Source: the human T2T-CHM13v2.0 reference genome, Homo sapiens
Assembly (NCBI RefSeq): GCF_009914755.1
Contig: NC_060929.1
Length of the DNA stretch: 64,000 nt
Reading direction: 5' to 3' (one strand)
The notes beneath the pieces were generated by a model. The model made no database searches. It was not told the DNA's origin and saw only the letters and a program-made list of their open reading frames with translations. Below are positions 54,025-64,000 of this stretch, piece by piece. A program made the translations under genes and the position numbers. The stretch's first letter is position 1. Each line of letters begins with the position of its first letter.

Positions 54025-54445
54025 TTAGACAGCCCCTGTGAGCCACTGCAAACCTTCTCGGTCCCCACCTGCCTCCCTTGCTCCAGCAGCTGCTGCAGTG
54101 ACCAAATCTAAGCCAGCTCCGGCCAGCTTTGCACTGGACAGGTGCATCTGGATGGTGCCTAAACTGAGGGAAGACAGAAACAGCTGGGGTTCAGGGCTTA
54201 CAAAACCCATGGTACCACCCTTAGTCAGTCAGTACAGACTGGATTAATCTTCCCTCATTCATCCCCTACATGGAGAGTTCTTTGGTGCCCTTCCTAAGCC
54301 TCCTCAGAGCCAGCTCTGTAATGCTTATTGTTTGGCCTGTTCCTGTCCACCATTTCCTTACTCTTGCTCTCTAGAATCCCTTCCCAAATAAACTATCTGT
54401 ATACAAACCTCTGGGGTTCAACTTTTAGAGGAATCCAGACTAACT
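54025..54445 (+). mobile_element. Ancient ERVL-class LTR relic (LTR16-like), followed by (GGTT)n at about 54465-54517
   Basis: 3' end cccaaataaactatctgtatacaaacctctggggttcaac...ccagactaa. Confidence 0.5.
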
Positions 54446-54772
54446 CATGAACCACATCTTTGGTTAGCTGGTTGGCTGACTGGCTTGTTGGTTGGTTGGT
54501 TGGTTGGTTGGTTGGTTTTACCCCTAGTCTACCACTAACCAGCTGTGTGACCTTGGGTTAGCCACTTTACCTCTCAACAACACAGCTTAATCATTAATAA
54601 AATTAAGATGTTAAAACTGAATATCCATCTCACCAATATTTTTTGAGCACCTTCCATATTCCAAGCACTATTCAAGATAGTGGTGGTCAATGAACAGGAA
54701 ACACAATGTTCTTGTACTTGAGGAGTTTATGTGATGGTTAGAGAGACAGACAATAAACAATAAACAAATAGC

Positions 54773-56932
<2,160 letters not shown>

Positions 56933-59900
56933 AGAAATAAATAAATGAAAAAATAATACAGTGTCAAGTAATGATGGGTACCTCTGTGATGGGAGTCAGG
57001 GCTGGGGGTGTGTGTTTGCGATCAGAGTAACAAAGCAAGGAGGCCAAAAGCCAACTGCCAATTGGTACCTGGGAAAGCACTTTCGAGCAGAGGAAACAGG
57101 GAGGACAAAGTCCCCCAGATTCCCACTTCTCTAATCTGACTTGGAGATTCTTTGAGAGTTGTGTTGATCCCATTTGAATGGAAAAGAGATGGCAATTTGG
57201 AGACTTAATCACCCTAAATTGCATAAATCACCCTTTTTATCCACAAGCTGAAATCCCTGTATCCTTGGTTTCTGCCCTGGCCATATCCTTTCCAAGCTGC
57301 CTGAATGAGGAGATGTGAAAGTCTACCATGGGTGGAACTTCAAAGGTTTTGTTTGATGAAACAAAACCACTCATCTAAAGATGAAAAAGAGAAAAGGTTA
57401 AAACAGTCTCAAACATGAAGTGACTCCTTTCCTCTGTGTAAAAGGTTTAGTCAAAGAGTCTCTTGTTTCAATTTCGTTTTTAAGACTCTTTTCTTAGCCC
57501 TTAATTATTTGCTATTTAGAGCATTTGTTGCATGTTCGCATTTTTTGTGCATACTTTGAAGTATTAAAAGACAAAAGTTAAAAGAAGTTGATATCTGACA
57601 AGTTACCCATTCTTCTTCCAAGGATGTAATGGGGCAAGTTTCTCACTGAGTCATTACAAATAAAATGTTTGCAGGCGTAGTGAGGATAGCGGAAATCAAG
57701 TAAATATAAACATTTGGCGTTTCATCTCTTTGGGTTAGATGAAATCCTTTAGATGGTTCATTGTGCTGTGCCTGTGACCCTTGCAAGGTGGTTATTAACT
57801 AACATGGTGCAGAGATTTGCAAGCCTGTGAAGGAATGAAGAAAGCTCAGAAATGCTGAGGCTACTCTGCAGTGAATAGGAGGAACCAGGAGCTGAACAGG
57901 GCTGGCCTTTCCTGTCATGCCTGATCCCAGCCTCCCGCCAAGCAAGAAAGCCCACTGCTAAGAACAGCAAAGTCTTGGGTTCAAGTAGCAGAAATACGCT
58001 TGGTTAGACTCCCTGGGCACAAAAGGATTTCCAGTCTTCCCTGGTGAGTACCACTCTGTTAGCTCACTCGGTTCCACAGCCTCAGGTGCACCCAGGAGTG
58101 AAGGATCTGTGTGGTGAGAAGATGCGGGTGGACCCACCAAACCTACCATGGCTACCACATATGCCAGGGATGGAGGAGGATAGAGTTGCCTTTAAATATG
58201 AAAGATAGAAGCTAGAGGAATTAAATGTCTCCCTAGGAGCCAGTACAGTCTTTTCTCTAGAAAATCCCAAAAAAATGTCAGAAATATGCTGGGAAATATT
58301 TTGGTAATGAACCCTTGGATGCTTATTTATGAAGCATTTGGAAATGCTGGAACAGAACCACAGCAGTGAAACAAAAAAAAAAAAAGAATTTCAGTTTACT
58401 GGGATGATTGGATTCCTTGGGTGAATAATATTTTGCTGTTGATGAAAAATCAAAATGGGCCCTGACACTGAACATGCCTCTGCCGGAAAACGTTTGCTTC
58501 AAGTGGAATGCTGTAGTTATCTCTTTGTCAAGGGCATGTAAATTCAAAAAGTTTGGCATGTATGCAAAGACAGGGCAGAGGGACAAGGCCCTGCTTGTTA
58601 TTTTCACTCATCTTTTAATGCAGTTTTTCATTCAGAGTGAGGATACCACAGTGGGATCACATATCCCACATTTAACTCACCAGAATTCAACTATTCACAC
58701 TTTGAACACAGGGAGAAAGAGAGAGATTGCAAGAAAGACAAGAGTAACATTTTAAATAGTATGGGTAATTCTATTAATTTCAGGAGTAAACATTAAAGGA
58801 GAGACAAATCTGCATATATATATGTGCAGGTTTGTACACACAAAACAAAGCATATTGTATTTTATGAGTAATCTGAGAGATATTTACGAATAATGTCGAT
58901 TGTCATTGTCACTGAGTTGGGGACTTTAGAATCTAAGCCTTAAACAAAGTGAGAGACTCCACTGCACTGTCCTAAAAGAGGAAGATGTTTTAAGTTGTTT
59001 TTCTAGTTGGGGAAAGAAATTGCTCTGAGCCATCCACACAACCTCTGCTGCTTCCATATGAGCAAAGACATGCACGGGAGACAGTCGGCTGAGGTTCGGG
59101 GTTCAGTGCTGGTCATGAGACAAAGTAATTAAATGAGCATATTTGTCTAATTGATGCAATTTGTCGTGTCATTTAAAACCATGAATTATAAACAGGGTTA
59201 TGTAACCCTCGGGTCTCCTTTTACACAACTAACATGTTTAAGTGCCTGCTAACAGCAAGGCAATGAATTAGAAGCCATGGGGAATTTGCAGGTAAACCCT
59301 CATGGGAGAGTTTACGAATCTTGCAGGAGGGGTAGATAAATACCTTGTAAATTACAATACAGGGGAGAGAGTGAACAAATGTGCAGATCAGGTAAAATTG
59401 CGAGCAGGCATGTATATCACTCCAAAATATAATTATCCTTTAATTATTTACTCATATATGGGACTTTAAAAGCTCTAATTCATTTTCTTATAATAGTCTT
59501 GGTCTTTAATTATTCTTATTAAGCTAACATTCAACTGTGTTTGCATTTTATGTGATAGCTACCAGCTTTGTCTATTCAATTGTAATTGCTCCTTCCTTTT
59601 TGCTAATAAAACCCCAATGTGGTTTAGGGAGATACATGACCAACTCCCAGCAAAACCCTCACTTTTCAACCTCCTTAGGCCACTGAATGCTCACATAACC
59701 CAATTCTGCCTAATGAGAAACAAGCAGAGCTCTGGGAGAGGGGAGGTTTCTAGGGCAGATTTGCTTTCTTCATTTAAAGAGTGAATGTAGGCTCTTTCCC
59801 CATTCCCCCTTCCTTCTCCCTGACCCTCCTCTCCCCTCCTCTTGTCTTGAAACAAACAAGAGCTATGGACCCGTAGCAATTGTCTTGCATCCAGGAGGCA

Positions 59901-60847
59901 ATACATCCTTAAAGCTGCCAAGGAAACATTAAATTGTTGGCTCTGACATCTAGCAGCTCACTGAAAGCCAGCAGACACGTACTCCCAGACTTTTTGTTAC
60001 ATAAGAAAAATAAACATCTGCCTTGAAGCCACTGTTTTGTGGGCGTTAGTGACTTGCAAACAACCCCTTCCTAATCACTCTATTCCCTAAGCATATACCA
60101 AGTGCTGATAGGGAAGGGGCCGAGAACACGGGGAAGGGCTGAAGGAAATCAACCTGGATTTTTGGGTGGCAGTACCAGTCCCCCAAAAAGATCATTAAAG
60201 TGCATATAACATTGTCTCTCATTCACACATCCCTTATCCTCTCACTCATTCACACGTATGTTACCTCTGGACAGCCCCCTTCCCTCAAGAAGTTTATGGT
60301 GTAATGAGTATGATTAGAAATGTATTCAAATAACTAACATGGAAGGTGGAAAATGGCAAAGGCCAAGAAAGAGACATAAGAAAGTAGCCCTTTAGGGCTG
60401 GACTGTTTATCTAAGCTGGGAGGTGGTAAAATGTTTTCCTCAGGGTGTGAGCCAACTTTCCCTTTGCCACCAACTGCCCCTCCCTCCAAGGATGGGGTGG
60501 AGGTTGGAGGGGTGAGGGGGGTGGGGGAGATTTTTTTCCCCTCCCTGCAGGACAGGGGTGGAGGGATTTTAGAAGATCTTAAAGGGAGCATTCTGCATGA
60601 GAACCTGAGAACAGCTAGATTGGAACACAATACTCCAGTTCCATAACTGCTCTTATGAACACAAAAAGACCTTTTGTGTTTTTCTTGTTTATTTGAAAAT
60701 TCTAGAATATCTTCATTATGCAAAGAAGGAAAACAAAAGGGATTGGGGAGGAGGGAAGAGAGAGAAAAGCATGTGTGCTCCATCCACATCCCATCCAAGC
60801 TTCAGGAGCTGGACTCAGCGGCAACAAGGGTAAAAGTGAAAGGGCTC

Positions 60848-61232
60848 AATTATGGGCTCAATTGTGTCCCTGTACTCCCGATTCCTGTGTTGATACTCTA
60901 ACCCTCAATGGGACTGTATTTGTCGACAAGGCCTTTAAAGAGGTAATTAAGGTTAAATGAGACTGTAAGTGTGGAGCCCTAATTCAAATCCAATAGGACT
61001 GGTGTTCATGTAAGAAAAGGAAGAGACAGTGAGGGTGCAGGTGCACAGAAGAAAGGCCACATGAGGACACAGCAAGAAGGCGGCTGTCTGCCAGCCAGGA
61101 AGAGAGGCCTCACCAGAAACCAACCCTGACAGCTTCTTGATCTTGGATTTCCATACTCCAGAACTGTGGGAAAATGAATTTCTGTTTACCTAGTCAGTGA
61201 CATTCTGGCATGGCAGCCCAAACAGACCATAA
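60848..61232 (+). mobile_element. MLT1A/B solo LTR
   Basis: ggcctttaaagaggtaattaaggttaaatgag...ccagaactgtgggaaaatgaatttctg. Confidence 0.8.
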
Positions 61233-61939
61233 AGGCCCCAGGAGGAGATGAAAATTCAGGATGTATGTGTGATCAACTGCAGCCTCAATGGTCTCTTCCT
61301 GATGGAGTTATCTACCTCACTGGCACCTTCATGTTCATCTACTCAATAAACTTTTGTGCTTTGATTATTTTGTGGATCTAGTCCCCGACCAAGTTAGAAA
61401 TTAAGTATACCTGCAGTTTCGAAGAGAATGAGGGCCCTTGTTCCTAGAAAATGAGTGAGCATTTCCAAGCAGCTTTGATCTCCACAGGCAGAAAAGGAGA
61501 AAGAAACTTTCGATGTGAGCAAAGACCCAGAACCTGAAGAAGGAAGGGCTGGCTCCTTCATTTGTCCCATTGGTATTTATTTTGAACACCTACAATATGC
61601 AAGGCAGTGGTAGAGGAGTGAGGGATGCAGGGAATAAAACAGACCTGCCCGCTGCTCCTGGAAACATGATGAAAAATTATTCAGAGCACAGAGAATGTGG
61701 AAGGAGTAATGGGAAGTAAAGCTTGGAGAGTAGGATGGGAACAGATTGTGGCAGCTTTGAACCTCTGTCTAGGAAAATATTATTTACCCATGAGGCACAT
61801 AGGGAGCCACTGAAGCTCATCAAGCAGGAAAGTGTCCTGATCACGGCTGGCTTTTAAAAATATGAATCTGGAAGCTATCAGTTGGCTCAATTGGAGTGGG
61901 AAGAAACTGGAGACTGGAGAACAGTTAAAGGATGAGTAC

Positions 61940-62808
61940 TGCAAACCAATAATAAAATTCTAAGGCCTCCAACTGACTGAGTGGACACCCTTCTTGGCCA
62001 AGAGGATCCCAAAGAAACCTGAAAACCTAGTTCAGGCCATGATGAGAAGGGAGGTGTTGGACATACCCTGTTATAACCCTTCCCTTTGGAGTTTAGACAG
62101 AATTAACCAGCATTAACATTAAAATAGAGATCTTAAGACTGCCATACAAAACACTCTTCATAGCAATAGGATGCCAAATTCCAACCTGACTCTGGTATAC
62201 CATCACATGACAGATAACAGACCCTGAAGAAAATTAATGCATTTTACCCAAAATATATTTCTTTGATATATCTTGGAATGGCCCTGCAAAGCCATCTTTT
62301 GTGGGGGATTTTTTTTCCTGTAGAGAACCTCCTTCCCTTACCAGTTTTTTTTTAGAGAGCCTGACACCTTCTAAGACTCAAAAAGAGACATTTACCATCT
62401 ATTCTCTCTGAAACTTGCTATCTGGAGGCCTCATCTACATAACAAGAACCTTGGCTTCCACAATCCTCCTTAACTCAAGCATTTCTTTCTGTTGACTTCA
62501 ACTCTTTAGGCAAAGCTTAACTCTGAATCAATTGCCAATTGAAAAAGTTTTGACTCTACCTATAACCTGTGAGCCCCCCTCTTCAAGGTGCCCCAACTTT
62601 CTGGGCCGAACCAATGTATTCCTTACATTTATTGATTTATATCTTTGCCTGTAACTTCTAGCTCCCTAAAATATATAAAACCAAGCTATAACTCAAACAA
62701 CTTGGGCAACTGTTCTGAGGACCTCTTGAGGTTGTGTTCCAAGCCATAGTCATTCATATTTGGCTCAGAATAAACTTCTTCAAATATTTTAATTTTTTTC
62801 CATCAACA
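61940..62808 (+). mobile_element. MER4-group solo LTR (MER4D/E-like)
   Basis: TG...CA termini. 4-bp TSD gtac at 61936-61939 and 62809-62812. Confidence 0.82.
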
Positions 62809-62949
62809 GTACTAAAGCTCAGATGAGATGTACTAAGAGCCTGAATGAAGGTAATATTAAAATTATTGATGTTTGCTGGCACCATACCATATACTAATAT
62901 CAACAGAAAATCTCAAAAGGGATATATTGTCTGAAACTCATAAAAATAC

Positions 62950-63801
62950 TGTCAATGAAAAGAGTCAAACTCTGTAAAATATTTGAAGAGATATATTCTG
63001 AGCCAAATATGAAGACCATGGCCTGTGACGCAGCTCTAGGAGATCCTGAAACATGTGCCCAAGGCAGTAGGGCTACAGCTTGGTTTTATACATTTTAGGG
63101 AGACATCAGACATCAATCAATACATGTAAGATGTACATTGGTTTGGTCTGGAAAGGCAGGACAAATCAAAGTGGGGCTCCCAGGTCATAGGAAGATTCAA
63201 AGATTTCCTGATTGGCAATTGGTTGAAAGAGTTATCTATAGACTTGGAAGCAATAGAAGAGAGCGTCTGGGTTAAAATAAGGGGTTGTGGCAACCAAGGT
63301 TCTTATTATACAGATGAAGCCTCCATGTAGCAGGCTTCAGAGAGAATAGACTGTAAACGTTTCCTATCAGACTTAAAAAGGTGCCAGATACTTTAGTTAA
63401 TTCTATCCTAAATCAGGAAAATAACTGGAAAGGGAAGAGTGAGGAGTACAGAAGGTAGATTTTCCCCATAAGAGACAGCTTTTCAGGGCCATTTCAAAAT
63501 ATATCAAATAAATGTATATTGGGGTGAAATACTTCTATTTCTTTCAGGGCCTGCTATGTTATCATGTTAATACCTAATTGCTACAAACAGTCTGTTTTGT
63601 CAGTTTTAAAGTCTCTGCTTTAATGTTAATGCTGATCAATTGTGCTTGAATTCCAAAGGGACAGAGGTATAATGAGGCATGTCCAACCACCCATTCCCAT
63701 CATGGCCTAAACTAGTATTTCAGATTTACTTTAGGATGACCTTGGCCGAGAGGAAGGGTCCTTCAGTTAGCTGGGGGTTAGAATTTTAATTCTGGTTTAC
63801 A
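62950..63801 (-). mobile_element. MER4-group solo LTR (MER4D/E-like), inverted relative to its neighbour
   Basis: TG...CA termini. 4-bp TSD atac at 62946-62949 and 63802-63805. Confidence 0.82.
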
Positions 63802-64000
63802 ATACTATCATGTATTGGCCTTGGAAAAGTTTCCCTAACACAGAGTTTTGTCTTTTAATGTCAAGGCAGCAAAGCATGGGTCTTTTAGCCACATCTAATA
63901 CAATTGTAAGCTGGGAAGTGGTGGCCACATTGTCCAATGTCCTGTAGATCAATAAACTCTTAATATCGAGTTCAAAAGCCAGAAAGTCTCCCATGACCTT

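Overview
Human genomic DNA from the RXFP3-SLC45A2 locus (5p13, recognised from the proteins). It holds the intact single-exon GPCR gene RXFP3 (+, 20664-22073, in a CpG island with a near-consensus REST/RE1 site upstream). It also holds the last five coding exons of the pigmentation gene SLC45A2/MATP (-, exons 3-7; exons 1-2 lie beyond the window), here carrying the derived Phe374 allele. The rest is mostly interspersed repeats (THE1, L1PB, ERVL, LTR8, MER4, Alu, MER DNA transposons, a full-length HSMAR2), plus a processed PSMC6 pseudogene with nested Alus and a 33-nt U2 retropseudogene. I found no evidence of a new gene family or prokaryote-type system. The most notable structure is a young L1HS insertion in SLC45A2 intron 4 (36289-38056, perfect 15-bp TSD). 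It combines a twin-priming inversion with a large deletion, a 300-bp 3' transduction, a mutated L1 poly(A) signal and a second AATAAA in the sense of SLC45A2. Repeat subfamily names and rs identities are from memory and need RepeatMasker/dbSNP confirmation. MIR and most L2 fragments are not listed individually.
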